Below the pieces are notes generated by a model. That model worked only from the letters and a program-made list of their open reading frames with translations, was not told the DNA's origin and did not search any database. Both the position numbers and the translations under genes were made by a program. Positions 32,705-44,294 of a DNA stretch of 64,000 nucleotides are shown piece by piece; position 1 is the first letter of the stretch, and every line of letters begins with the position of its first letter. Source of the DNA: Trypanosoma brucei (taxonomy: Eukaryota); assembly GCA_000002445.1 (NCBI GenBank), contig CP000068.1, forward strand, positions 1,056,001 through 1,120,000, written 5' to 3'.

Positions 32705-34318
32705 TCACAAAACCTGCTCCACTGGCATCGGCAACACTATAGGAAGATTTGGTGGCAAGGGATCATCCACTCCGTAACGACTCAGGTGTGGGTTCCATTC
32801 TATAATGCGACCTACCGCTATGTTTCGTTCTGCAGCTATGGAATGGAGTGTTTCAAGCTCACATCCGCTAACAGAGTGATCGCGGCTACTTGTAATATAG
32901 TCACTCTTTTCCGCGGTAAAGCTGGGTGTTTTTTCTGCGGCAAAACTGGGCGTCCTTTCGGCATCTGGCCCGTCACGCTCACCTGCTTCTTCAACAGTGG
33001 CTGCTCCGGTAGGGCCACGAGGCTGCCCCAATTTGTTGTTACTGACGCTTTCACATTGTTGTGCTGGTTCCAGAGCCCCACCGGAGGCGGAAGTATCAAC
33101 CTTTGGCTCACACTGAGGAACAGTATCATCAATTAGGTTTGGTGCATCCGAAGATGATGAACGGTCGTTGCTCTGTACATCATTAATGATACCGGTCTCG
33201 TCTACAGTCGGTGCGGGAGGGAAATTTGCAAGTGGAGGCATGCTCGCCTTGACTTGAGAGAGAAGCGACGGTGGAACAACGACGGAGGACAATCCGGTTA
33301 CAGCAATCGCGTTTTCAAGCCAGCACGTCTTGCCCTGTCCGTGTATTTCACCGGCTTCTCCAAGGGATCCACGCGCCGCAAGCATCGGCGATGCAGGTGA
33401 GTAACCTGCATGCGAATACGAGCCGCTGCGGCGAAACGCGTCTGTTGCAGCACCCACTCCTGTGGCGACAGGCATTAACCCTCTAGATTCTGGGGGCTCA
33501 ACTTGCCGTCCCTCCCATTCATCGCAATCTGTTCCAATGCTCTGCTCTCTGAAAGGGGCGCTGTAGCGAACAGGCGATGGCGAAGGCAGCATCATCATTG
33601 ACCCTCGTGTGTTGCTACCACCTCTCGCCCCCACAACACTTCGCGGGTTGCTTTCATCTCGCGGTTCGGATAAGCCAGCCACTCCCACACTGCGAGAACT
33701 CTCCCCCTGAGTGCTTGGCAGCGGGGCAAGCGGTAACGGACACTCTGTAACACCAACGTCGTCTATCCCGAGGAAAACCTCCTCACCGCGCTGATACATT
33801 GCTGCCACCTCTTCGTCCTCTACCGCACGTTGCGTACTTGGGCTTTTTTTAATTCTAATATATGTATTTGCCGGCAAAATCTCATCATCGGCATAAACAG
33901 ATAGTTTTGGGTTGTAACTGCGGAGTTCCTCCACGGGCACATCGCTGCATTTGGCAATGCTGCTGATCGTCTCCCGCTTCCAATCAGCAATGGGGTCCCC
34001 CATCACATGTTCCGTCGCTGGCGATGCCGGTGCCCTCGTAACCAAATCGGCTCCTCCCCTCAACTGCTGTTCCCCCTTTCTATGATCTAACGGAGTACTC
34101 TGGTTCTCTTTATCTTCTGCGTCGTCTGCTCCCAGGGGACGGAGACATTCATTTGCTTGCCCGCGCTTCTGCCATTCTACTGCCCTGCGGACAATGGCTG
34201 TCGTATTGGCCAGCGACAGCAGCAGTTGGTGAGCCTCATCATGAGGCAGCGTGTGTTGAAGGTCCAACCTGCTGAGTACCTGCAAAAGCCTGTCGATCTG
34301 GCACGATACGCTATTCAT
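32705..34318 (-). CDS. Protein with two LysM-like motifs (537 aa)
   Basis: TISSIAKCSDVPVEELRSYNPKLSVYADDEILPANTYIRI and TLHSIAAERNIAVGRIIEWNPHLSRYGVDDPLPPNLPIVLP both fit the LysM pattern (TLxxIA...L..xNP.L.....L..G..L.IP). ATG verified at 34318-34316. Confidence 0.5.
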   Translation of the reverse strand: MNSVSCQIDRLLQVLSRLDLQHTLPHDEAHQLLLSLANTTAIVRRAVEWQKRGQANECLRPLGADDAEDKENQSTPLDHRKGEQQLRGGADLVTRAPASPATEHVMGDPIADWKRETISSIAKCSDVPVEELRSYNPKLSVYADDEILPANTYIRIKKSPSTQRAVEDEEVAAMYQRGEEVFLGIDDVGVTECPLPLAPLPSTQGESSRSVGVAGLSEPRDESNPRSVVGARGGSNTRGSMMMLPSPSPVRYSAPFREQSIGTDCDEWEGRQVEPPESRGLMPVATGVGAATDAFRRSGSYSHAGYSPASPMLAARGSLGEAGEIHGQGKTCWLENAIAVTGLSSVVVPPSLLSQVKASMPPLANFPPAPTVDETGIINDVQSNDRSSSSDAPNLIDDTVPQCEPKVDTSASGGALEPAQQCESVSNNKLGQPRGPTGAATVEEAGERDGPDAERTPSFAAEKTPSFTAEKSDYITSSRDHSVSGCELETLHSIAAERNIAVGRIIEWNPHLSRYGVDDPLPPNLPIVLPMPVEQVL

Positions 34319-34764
34319 CGCGTTCAGTCTGTAGTAACTGGGATGCTCCTGGTAACTTTATGTCAGCAACTGTTCTTGGGAAAAGGTGCGAACGCACTTG
34401 CGATAAATGGAAAAAAAAAGTGGTGGCAGAAAGAGGACGTAAGAAAAAACCCTTATGTGTCGTCTGAGGGGAGCCAAAACATGCACTGCCCACAATCATA
34501 ACACATCAACCCCTCGCTCCTCACCGACACGGTAGGGCGACAGTTTTTGTCAAAACAAAACCGTATGCACGCATATGTGTTTTAAAAGTATAACGTGTAT
34601 CAAAAAGGAAAACGGAGAGCAAACTGTGAAGTAAAAAATAATGAGGTAGTTGGGAAAAAAATGTGAAAAAAAAAGACAGTTCACAAGAAAAAATTACTCA
34701 TAACAGATGAGACATCACCACATATAATCTGTTGAAAATAACGGCACTATCCCGCACTATTGTG

Positions 34765-36033
34765 TTACTGGTCTTCCGAAAGGGACCTCATTAGGGGAAG
34801 AACAAGCGGTAGAGTGAGAACAACGGGCGTATTGGCATACTGGGGGCTCAGGGTCGACGACAAACTGGTGTGAGCTCCGAACATTTGCATGGCGTGTGTT
34901 AGTCGGAGTTGTAACTCCGATATAGTCGTAAGTGCACATTCATGAAGCTCTTCCCCACGACGCAGCCAGTGCGAAACTTGAGCACTAAACATCGCGTCTG
35001 AAGTCCCCTTAGGGTCAGGATCCCCCTGCAGAGCACCGGCCATGGGAGCGCTGCCGATATTAGTTGCATGTGATGAAGTTGACGCTGCTTGTTCTGTAAT
35101 CTCCCTGTTAAGAATACACTGAGCGCGGAGCAGTAACTCTTCGACTCCTTCTCGGGACACCCGTGACGCCGCCGTGTTTGTGCCGCTTGCACCTGGCCCA
35201 GATTTCGCTTTTGATCCAAGTGGAAACGGTGTCTGGTCGCCCCTCGTGTCAAGTCTGAGATCCGTAGGATCCATGCAGCCCGATGAGTTTCTGGAGATAC
35301 AAAAATCATCATTGCGGCTATTGCCACCATTGTCAAGAAACTGGGTGGAGCACTGTGGCGCCACTGCGGGTGCAGGATCGCACTCCTCTGATGGACTTGG
35401 ATCAATTACCTCTAGGTCCACCGCTGTCGCACTTTCCCCCTGAGCATGTGGAGGCTCAGCCGCTAGTAGTGTCGATGTCTCTGTCGGAATAGCAACACAA
35501 GACGCTTTGAGTTCGTCTGAAGTAGAATCAAAGGTGAAATCCACGCATAGGCTTTCAGCACGTAAAGCTGCGGTGTCGCTGGGTGAGAGAAAGCGAAAGG
35601 GGTTCACCCCGTCTACCTCTTCGGCCGCTTCCACGCTCCGCGCTGGTCCATCGCTTGGTGCCACGCCTCCTGTAGGCCACGCATCATCGCTACTACAAAG
35701 ATAATCGAAGCAAAACCCATCAAACAACGCGGGCTGAGCGACATCCCCCTCGCCACCGCTCGTGTTACTTCCGGAAGGTTGGACGATACCACTGCTTTGC
35801 ATACTGTCAAAGAGGAAGTTACCAAAGGGTAAACCATCGTCTGCGGTAGTGGTTTCTTGCGCAGCTGCTGCCGTTCGATGTAGGACGTCGACCCCGGTGT
35901 GCTGAGCGGTAAAAAAAGAATCGTTAGCGGTTGTTGTGACGTCATTACGGCTGCTCGATGTTGCACTGTCCGCAACAGCACTTTTGTGAAAGCTGGTCCG
36001 TTGATTATGTGGAGACTCTACTCTCATTTGCAT
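34765..36033 (-). CDS. Hypothetical acidic/Ser-Thr-rich protein (422 aa)
   Basis: Track start 36042 is TTG. First ATG at 36033-36031. Low-complexity. No domain. Confidence 0.5.
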   Translation of the reverse strand: MQMRVESPHNQRTSFHKSAVADSATSSSRNDVTTTANDSFFTAQHTGVDVLHRTAAAAQETTTADDGLPFGNFLFDSMQSSGIVQPSGSNTSGGEGDVAQPALFDGFCFDYLCSSDDAWPTGGVAPSDGPARSVEAAEEVDGVNPFRFLSPSDTAALRAESLCVDFTFDSTSDELKASCVAIPTETSTLLAAEPPHAQGESATAVDLEVIDPSPSEECDPAPAVAPQCSTQFLDNGGNSRNDDFCISRNSSGCMDPTDLRLDTRGDQTPFPLGSKAKSGPGASGTNTAASRVSREGVEELLLRAQCILNREITEQAASTSSHATNIGSAPMAGALQGDPDPKGTSDAMFSAQVSHWLRRGEELHECALTTISELQLRLTHAMQMFGAHTSLSSTLSPQYANTPVVLTLPLVLPLMRSLSEDQ

Positions 36034-36663
36034 CGTGGACAATGTCCTTTTTGCAATGTTAGACTCCCCTTCGCGCGTAAATGGTGAAGAACGAAGAAAA
36101 AAAATGCAGCGTCAAAGCGGAATCGTAGCATAAATCACATGAAGTTTTGCATGAAACTGCAAACGCTTCGGAATATGTGCCTTCTCCAGCTATGTCAAGC
36201 CAGCCCACCAGATTATCCAATAATCACACAAATAAACAATGTAAGCTGTTGACAAGTTGTCAAAAGGGAGGAAACCCCCTTTCTACCACGCCGGGGGCAG
36301 ATGAACTTCTGTTCTTGTTTCCCATTAAACAGATCCCCCAAAGTCATCAGTTAATCGCAGAGGGAGGTAGGCAGCGTTTACCGTAACAACACAGCGGCAG
36401 CCAGTCAAAACGGGGTACACAAAAGCTTGTGACTTTCTCTATCTATAAACAAAGGGAAGAGAACAAGAAGGCTGAGCCTTGAGGCACCAGCCGCCCAGGA
36501 GCGAAAACAGGCGGGCCCTAACCCTTCCTTGACATCCTTGTCAGCATCCCAAAATTTCGTCGAGGAGCGCTTATGGGGGGAACGAAGATAGGCAACTTCT
36601 TGCAGATGGGCATACGACTGCACATTTTGCACATGTGCGAAACTGGAAGCCGCTTTATGAGCG

Positions 36664-38334
36664 CTAAGGTTTCTTAACCGCAAGTTGTACCTGTTGCTGA
36701 AGCTTAGCGACGGCTTGCACTAATTGACCATGCCGAGCTATGTTTTCCTCCAAACACTTTCGGTACGAATGAGCGTCATCGCTTGCACAATTGTCCTCTT
36801 CAACGGAAATAGGTACGGTAGGCAACTGTCTGCTGGTCATCGGGAGAGCGACCGACTGATCGGGAGCAGGTGAAGAATTGCCCTTACTTCGAATATGACA
36901 CATTGGCAAGCAGCATGTGCGGCCAACAGGGTTAGCACCTGCTTCAACGGGTACGGCAGGCGGAACCCGTGAGTTGTGGGGTATATGATGTGTGGAAGTC
37001 AGCAAAGGCACAGTCCCGGTCGGGGTAAATGTTGGAGTGACGACACCAGAAGGGTCAGTGGCCCATAAATCAAGTCGCGAACATGCTGCCTCGCAATTCG
37101 TGCGCAGACTGTCGCCACACAATCTCCTTAAAGGGACAGCAGACGGGGAACCTGGTTCGGTTTGGGTTTCGGCCGTCGCCATTCCACAGCTCACTTGTAC
37201 GCCTACAGAACGTTGGCTACCGTGCATCCTAAGACACAACTCGTGACCACCAACTGTTTCGGTGTGTGCACCTATTTTCCCTTCAAAAGAGTAAGGCGGT
37301 TGCTGAATGAAGTGATGCTCCCCTTGATCTATCGAGTCGCCCCCCACATTCAAAAGAGTGGCACTGACACACCCGCGATGCTGCGCAATGGGGTAGCGAC
37401 GAGGCATCGTGCAGACATCCACTGCAGGAACGGCAATGCTATCGTGTGACTTGGAGGTGTAATTTGTCTCATTTAAACCGTCTACTACTTGTTGTTGCTT
37501 CTCGTTCCCTAGCGCACACCCATACTTGGCGGAGACTCGGACGTCCCCTGCTACCGTTCGAAACCAATGCACCGCCGGTTCTTCGACAAAATTTAGGTAA
37601 CGCTCCTTCCATTTAGCAGCCTCCTCTTTGAGAGATTTCATATTAGTTTCAAGGAGAAGCCTGTGACTGCGTTCATGCTCTAATTTTTGCTGAAGAATAC
37701 GAATTTCGTGGCGATGATATAAAGCTTCCTGCTCCTCACTTATCCGAAACACAAGCTGTTGCACCTCCCGAAGCTGTGCATCACTTTCAGTCATTGTTTT
37801 GTCGTGAAAGTGCTTCAGTCGGGCATATTTCTTCTTCCAGTGGTTAGTCGAAGCGTCGCTACAGGTGGCATTGACCCCCTCCCGTGCAACTGTCAATTTC
37901 TCATCGGCGCCGACAGCTGGACGACATGTGGACGGTGGCTTGGTACTGCAGCACTCCGGTGGGCATGACTGGTGCTCACCACAGGCGAAAATCGACCCCG
38001 ACATATCTTTCGTTACATTTGCTCCCTCCGAACACTCATTCTGGTGTCGTGTAGTATAATTAATACTGACGGTGTCGCCCATCCCATTAGAAGTATACAA
38101 ATGCTCGTTTTCCACGGCAAGACTGCCAGTGCTTCCTCCATCGTGCTGATTAATCGTGCCGTGTTGGAAAAAGTCGCTTTCGCGATGGTGCGACTCAATC
38201 CGATGCCTCAACACCTTTGACTCGTACTGCGCCTCCGCCAGTTGCCGAACTAATTCCGCCACTTTGATGGGTGTGAGTACTACATTGAGACCAGTGCTAC
38301 TAGAAATTTGAGATCCATCCTTTGTAGAACTCAT
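36664..38334 (-). CDS. Hypothetical coiled-coil protein (556 aa)
   Basis: Track start 38403 is GTG. First ATG at 38334-38332 (MSSTKDGSQ...). The heptad-rich segment is LREVQQLVFRISEEQEALYHRHEIRILQQKLEHERSHRLLLETNMKSLKEEAAKWKERY. Confidence 0.5.
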   Translation of the reverse strand: MSSTKDGSQISSSTGLNVVLTPIKVAELVRQLAEAQYESKVLRHRIESHHRESDFFQHGTINQHDGGSTGSLAVENEHLYTSNGMGDTVSINYTTRHQNECSEGANVTKDMSGSIFACGEHQSCPPECCSTKPPSTCRPAVGADEKLTVAREGVNATCSDASTNHWKKKYARLKHFHDKTMTESDAQLREVQQLVFRISEEQEALYHRHEIRILQQKLEHERSHRLLLETNMKSLKEEAAKWKERYLNFVEEPAVHWFRTVAGDVRVSAKYGCALGNEKQQQVVDGLNETNYTSKSHDSIAVPAVDVCTMPRRYPIAQHRGCVSATLLNVGGDSIDQGEHHFIQQPPYSFEGKIGAHTETVGGHELCLRMHGSQRSVGVQVSCGMATAETQTEPGSPSAVPLRRLCGDSLRTNCEAACSRLDLWATDPSGVVTPTFTPTGTVPLLTSTHHIPHNSRVPPAVPVEAGANPVGRTCCLPMCHIRSKGNSSPAPDQSVALPMTSRQLPTVPISVEEDNCASDDAHSYRKCLEENIARHGQLVQAVAKLQQQVQLAVKKP

Positions 38335-38628
38335 CCTCTTATTTGAGGAAAGGAATAAAAAGGAACTGATCTCTGAGAGTTGACTGCCACCGCACAACAC
38401 CACAGAAGTAAGCGCTGAAAACTTTCACTACATGGAACGCGTAACGGAGGACTAAATGCGTGAAGGGAGAGGTAGGGAATGGGAACGATTTGAAGCGTGT
38501 CTCGTTGCGTTTACCACCACAACCTTTTTATTAATATACAAGGTAAGGCATAGTGCAAACCCCCAATAAAAATAGTATTGTAAATTCACATGTCACCACG
38601 TTCTCCAAAGCTCATTTCTTATCACGCA

Positions 38629-39543
38629 TCATCTATCTATATGATTGGTGTAGTACTCCTGTAGAGCCTTCTTTGTCCGCTTGTTAACAGCGAGTTTCGC
38701 TTCTATAGCATCCAATACGCCGGGAGGAAAACCATTGTTGCCTACCTCAAGTACTTCTATAGAGTTGTTGAGTAACAGTGCGTCCACAAGCGGGTAAAAA
38801 CCGTAAAGCGTACACTGCACTTCTTTTCCATCAACCACAGTATTGTAAAGTCCTCTCCGGTATAACCCTAGGGTATTGAAACGCAAATCAACGTGCTGAA
38901 GCATGCAAGCCCGACTTGCCTTCACGAGCCATTCCGCTATGGCGCCCACACACGACTCACAACAGCCACTTACCATGTTGTCAGCGATGTGAACCTCCCG
39001 AAGAGCCGGGTGATATCCCATAGCAGCGCACAGAAGTGCAAACCCTGGGGGGCGAGTACCAAAGCGGTTGCTTGATACATCAAGTAACTGAAGAGAACGC
39101 AGCGCCGTTACCAGCAACGCAACCGAAGACCCGTCACTGGCACTGATTCCGCGGAGTTCAAGCACGCGTAGACCACCAGTGGAGTGGGAACTTGCACTCA
39201 GTGTCTCCGCAAGCACACGCAACCCTGCGTCACCAAGGTAACATTCACTAAGATTAAGAACCTTAAGTGGGAGAGAAGCAAGGGCAGGTGCGAGTGCACG
39301 TGTGCCACCTATTCCAAGTGCTGCAGCAGAGACAACGTATGATAACAAGTCCGGTGCATGGGAGTTGCTCTGCATAACCGTGGCGGCTTGCAATACGCGG
39401 GAGTTCGCCTCTACTTCAGCAACGTCACAGTATTCCTCATAAAGCCGAAGGAAAAGGTCAAGATATCGCACTGCGCTCGTTCTATCGCCCTCTGAGATGA
39501 ACGCATTCGCATAGGATTGGTGTCCCTCTGCCACATCAGTCAT
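38629..39543 (-). CDS. Leucine-rich-repeat (RNI-like) protein
   Basis: Repeated units: LKVLNLSECYLGDAGLRVLAETL, LRVLELRGISASDGSS and LQLLDVSSNRFG. Track start 39549 is TTG. First ATG at 39543-39541. Confidence 0.6.
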   Translation of the reverse strand: MTDVAEGHQSYANAFISEGDRTSAVRYLDLFLRLYEEYCDVAEVEANSRVLQAATVMQSNSHAPDLLSYVVSAAALGIGGTRALAPALASLPLKVLNLSECYLGDAGLRVLAETLSASSHSTGGLRVLELRGISASDGSSVALLVTALRSLQLLDVSSNRFGTRPPGFALLCAAMGYHPALREVHIADNMVSGCCESCVGAIAEWLVKASRACMLQHVDLRFNTLGLYRRGLYNTVVDGKEVQCTLYGFYPLVDALLLNNSIEVLEVGNNGFPPGVLDAIEAKLAVNKRTKKALQEYYTNHIDR

Positions 39544-40815
39544 TAACAAATTGCACGATACTACACACGTATATAAAAGTGTGCGTCTTGTCGGTACCGA
39601 AACTGATGGAAATTAGTGAAAACAGTATACAAGCCTGGCCTCGTTCGGGAATGTTTGAGACACTATTTACATCACCATCATCAATATAAAAGGAAATGAA
39701 AATGGAGAAACTGCTACAGAAGTAGGACATATACATAAGCACAGATACAGTAGTGGCAAAACCAATACCTCTATACATCAGAAGAGCAAATCACAATAAT
39801 ATTTTTAATTATGCTCAACACCACAATCACACATAGTTATCTTGCATGTTGGCGTTAAAACGATAGGCGGGTGTAAAAGGTATTTACGAACACCCTATGC
39901 CTAGTGTTCTTTAAGGAAAGAAATGGAAAGTTTTATCGACAAAGGGAAAGAAAACATGCGTGTAGAAGTTAACGGGAAACCCCCCAAAAAGTTCTGTACA
40001 TTTTCAGTCACACGCGTACACGTGCATTTTTATGTAGCATGCGCTGACCCAGGTGTACCAGTGGTGATGCAGACCTCAGGTTCAGCCAACTCAACCAACA
40101 GCTGGACAGTGGTTATTTTGACACCAATGTGACGCATCATCAAGTACACAATCATTTTCGACCGCTACTACTGCCTAAATCTTGCGCCCCGTTTCAGCGA
40201 CGAAATGTTCACAGGAATTGAAATTTACCTCAATTATCAACCGGACGCATTTTAAGTCTGAATTCCATTTGGCCTCCGCAATCACGAGAGCGCTATACAC
40301 GCACCAAAGACAAGGGTCGCAATTTTCTCCGCTACGTCCACTTACAAATCTCAATACGCATCAGACACGTCGCATCGTTAGACCATCTTCACAGAAATCT
40401 TCAACGTAGGCGACAATACGCCTCACATTGGAATTTATGTCCTAAAAAATCCAACGTCTGAAAATTTGTGGTAGGATACATTCATTTTCCTTTTTAATAG
40501 GGCAAAGGTAGCCTTTGTTGGTCTGACAACTCACCAAATGCGTATCATGCCATCGTCGCCTCTGCAACTGGTACAGAGCGCGGGTCACAGCGAATCCAGC
40601 GGGATCACTCCACTAATTGATCAATTTTTACCCGACAGTAATGCAACGTGACCTCACAACGTCCCCCTACTGCTCATTTCGTTTCATTCCGTCGCATGAG
40701 CATTGAAGCGAAACAATGCAACCAAAGTTTATGAAGAGGTTCACAATGTCGATGGGAGAAAATACATGCACACACTGCTGGCTAGGTTAAGTCAAGCAGT
40801 TCAAATGGATTAGCG

Positions 40816-42576
40816 CTAAACGCAGTCATGTAGGAAATAAACACGCAACTCATCTTCGGTTGCTTCCACCGCCAGAAAGTACAACAGATAGGCCGCATCC
40901 ACAGAAACTTGTCGGGCCATGTTGCCTACGTGCCCTTCAGAGAGGGGTACCATTTCATTCTTCGGTCCGAAAGGGCATAGTAACGCATCCACTGGACAGT
41001 CAAATTCGCCTACGATGCCGTTACAAACAAGCTCTGCCCAACAAATAGCCCTCAACACAGCGGTAGGAACAAGACAAGTGTCTGGGCTAAACTTCCGACA
41101 TACTCGACTTACATATTTCAGTAACGACAGCATTGAGTTGGACGGGGCCCAAACACCAACAGTGCATCCGGGTTCGGTTAGGCGCCGGTGGTCCCAAACT
41201 ACGGTTCCTCGGGTAAGGACCCTACATAATTCATCGGCCGCCTTCACTGCCGTATGTACGTTGCCAGATACATCAAAAGCTTTGTGCCCCGCAACCGCAT
41301 CCTTATACGAGGTAAACAAGGACTCAAGCCACGACGCGCCTTTCTTTGAAGGTGGATAAGAGCCATCCGCTTTAGCCCAAGGTGAAAAACAATGACCGAG
41401 TGCAGTATTCAGACTCGACAGCCATGCGTCGCGTTCAGAGCCCAAATTTCCCACCTCCTCGTGTCGTAGATGCTCCAAAAGAACCTTTCGGAGCAAGCTC
41501 ATGCGACTTCGTATATCATCATTACTCGAAAATTTTGGTAAAAGTGAAGGAGTCGTGATGAAACCGTACCACAGAACAAGCTCCGCATCTGTGTACGAAC
41601 CATATTGCAGAAATACCTGATCTCCCTTCGATACAGGAGCTGTCGTCACAAATATGTACGCGCCCATACATCTGTCAAATCTCATAGTGGCATTATTTGT
41701 TAGTGAATGATTGAAATAATCGACCCATGGAATGACAGCCCAAACCTCAGGATCGTAAGAAAACCCACGGCTCATGAGGGTGTTATAAGCCCAAATAAAC
41801 TGTTGCATTGTAAACGGTGTTGCACACGACATCGTGCAGCCACCAGAAGGTTGCACCAAGGGAAGATGCAGCGAAAGAATTGACATCACGATATTGAACT
41901 CTTTTTCTAGCTGCATCCGTTCTTCCAGCACCTTTCTTCTGTGCCTCTCAAAACACAGAAAGTTACGAAGACACGCACCACCCCCTTCACAGTCATGTGA
42001 CCTTGCGACGCCCACACAAGTACTGTCCAGGTGCGTGTGTTCCAACAACTCAAGGAGGTTATCGTACTTGGTTGGTAGGGACAATAGCCACGTTCTCATC
42101 CAACGGTGTATGAAAAATGGCCCTAAATCTGCATTTCCGCCTCCAGTGGACACGGTAAACATAACTTCAGAGGCACTACCAGCTTTTTTATGGAAAGCAT
42201 TGTTACTAAACCGACCACATTGCCCTGCGGCAACGAGCAAAGAGAAGATAATCATGGAGCCTGGTGATAACATTTGGTCTAAATCCCCTAGGATATCCAC
42301 AGATGTCTCCCTTCTCGACCTCCCATCGAAGGGGGTCCAACCGAGACGCTCTTGCTTCTGCTGAGAAATCCAAAAATTAAGATGATTTCGAGCCTTCTGG
42401 GCGGTAATCATAGATGACTCTGGAATCTTTACTATCACTGTGTTCGACGGCAAATTTTCCGTGGCAATAACGCCGTGTCCACCACCCATTTGGTGGATTG
42501 GCAGTACGCCGATGGAAGGGTGGAAGAAAGCGCCTTCTTCCTGCAACATAAGTTGGATAAGCGACACGCTCTCCAT
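40816..42576 (-). CDS. SET-domain lysine methyltransferase (Rubisco-LSMT/SETD6-like); first gene of the minus-strand polycistronic unit
   Basis: WVDYFNHS...GDQVFLQYGSYTDAELVLWYGF. Track start 42756 is TTG, followed by 60 hydrophobic non-homologous residues. The first ATG at 42576-42574 gives MESVSLIQLML. Confidence 0.6.
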   Translation of the reverse strand: MESVSLIQLMLQEEGAFFHPSIGVLPIHQMGGGHGVIATENLPSNTVIVKIPESSMITAQKARNHLNFWISQQKQERLGWTPFDGRSRRETSVDILGDLDQMLSPGSMIIFSLLVAAGQCGRFSNNAFHKKAGSASEVMFTVSTGGGNADLGPFFIHRWMRTWLLSLPTKYDNLLELLEHTHLDSTCVGVARSHDCEGGGACLRNFLCFERHRRKVLEERMQLEKEFNIVMSILSLHLPLVQPSGGCTMSCATPFTMQQFIWAYNTLMSRGFSYDPEVWAVIPWVDYFNHSLTNNATMRFDRCMGAYIFVTTAPVSKGDQVFLQYGSYTDAELVLWYGFITTPSLLPKFSSNDDIRSRMSLLRKVLLEHLRHEEVGNLGSERDAWLSSLNTALGHCFSPWAKADGSYPPSKKGASWLESLFTSYKDAVAGHKAFDVSGNVHTAVKAADELCRVLTRGTVVWDHRRLTEPGCTVGVWAPSNSMLSLLKYVSRVCRKFSPDTCLVPTAVLRAICWAELVCNGIVGEFDCPVDALLCPFGPKNEMVPLSEGHVGNMARQVSVDAAYLLYFLAVEATEDELRVYFLHDCV

Positions 42577-43802
42577 GTTAACAGGACAAAAAGCTTCTAC
42601 CAATTTTACTACTGATACCAATTTCAGAACATAAAGCACACAATTGAAACTAATGGGGAAATAGAGATAGCTTATTACTCGCACATGGCACGAAACTAGA
42701 ACCAACAGCTGAGGAAGTCTAATGAACCAAACAATAAAATGAAGGTCCGGCAACAAAAAGGAACTTGGAGACCGAATATCGACAACAGATCATGGGGATG
42801 GAGAGGTTTAGCATACGCATGGAGAAAGCAAATACAGTTATCGGTGAGACGACACACAAAAACAAAGAAGCTAATATTACGTGGACGCAGGGCTGAAACA
42901 CCATTCAGAGCTGGTCTATACTGTCACCAACCCGCCAAAGCAGCAGCAAAGCAGTAAATATATACCTACGTACGTATATACTTGAAGATACCTATCTCCA
43001 GAATGGCAAAGACGATCCTCATACCCACATCGCCCCTCTACCGGACACACACACGCACACCCTGGGGTGGCATAAGCACATCTAAAAAGCATACCCAATA
43101 TGACATTTGGTGTTACAATTTTTGGCATGTCACGCGAGTGCACACATGTGCGAAGGTGAAAGCTTGCTTTACCCCCAAGTAAACAGAAGATGGTTGCCCA
43201 CCAAGTAAGCCTGCATACAACCCAGTGAGAGCGCGCAGTGCGCACCTTTGTAACAAAGTTTATTTGCACGATATGCGCAAGTAACAGGAAATTCCTAAAA
43301 ATATGTGGCGTATTTTTTGTAGTCGTATATGTAGGTTGTATCCCATAAAGCTGTCGTCCACCATGTTAATATACAATAGTCAAAAAACAAGAGGTTTCTG
43401 AATAGATGACATGGGATATGGTGTAAGCAAAGTAGTAAAGACGTTGGTACGCACCTAAACTCGCTGATCACGTGGGTAAGGTGAAGCACAAAGGTAAAAA
43501 AAATAACTCTGATCTCCACTTTAGCGACCTTCAGTATTCCCGACAGACCACCAATTACAATGCAGTTGCACTAGAATATCCCATATACACACTATTAAAT
43601 ATACCATCAACGTTTATTCATAATTTACAGTGTGCTGTGCCAAAAAAAAAATTTTGCTTACACTTTGTCGCAAACACATCTCGGTGGCATCACGTGTGCT
43701 AACACGGGGCAAGCAGTACGGTAGTGCAGCAATTTCTTCACCAATCTCTGTACTCGGTAAACTGGTCGAGGTACACCCCAGTCTCTTTTTTTTTACATAA
43801 TA

Positions 43803-43814
43803 GGGGGGGGGGGG
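43803..43814 (+). repeat. G12 homopolymer
   Basis: ggggggggggggg read directly from the sequence. Confidence 0.95.
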
Positions 43815-44224
43815 TAAAGGCTGCCTCAGTGGCGGTGCCACGCGAAAGAGATTGCCGAAGGATATTACCGATGGAATCTCTCCACCAGCGGGAGAATTAC
43901 CTTACAGTTTTCAACTAGAAAGGTGACAATAAAAAAAACGCACCTCGTTCACGATCCAATGAGCTTGTAAGTGTCACCGTAGTGTACATGTAGCGCCACC
44001 GCAACTACCAGCAGATAGACATATACGTGCATAAGTTACCCAACAATGCTACGTCTTCTCACAAGGCGCAGGCTGACCTCCCCCCGTCTATTTACCCAAT
44101 GCGCCAGACTTTTGCAACGCACAATCCCTCCTAGCACACCAGACAGCCCTTAATTCAGTATCAGCAAATTTGGACACGATAGTTCACAACCCCTCTGTCC
44201 TCTCAACCACACTTGTCCGGCTAC

Positions 44225-44294
44225 CGGCACGTGCGCGTCCCATTTTCGTGTACAGCCCCACTTTCCTTCAGCGTAACTGCACGCGCACGTGCCG
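44225..44294. repeat. 14-bp perfect inverted repeat (cggcacgtgcgcgt / acgcgcacgtgccg) with 42-nt spacer; each arm contains a CACGTG palindrome
   Basis: Arm 1 at 44225-44238. Arm 2 at 44281-44294 is its exact reverse complement. Confidence 0.9.

Noticed and set aside
42577-42756. N-terminal 60 residues of track ORF 40816..42756
   Set aside because: It opens with TTG and is non-homologous hydrophobic sequence. The SET-domain protein more plausibly starts at ATG 42576.
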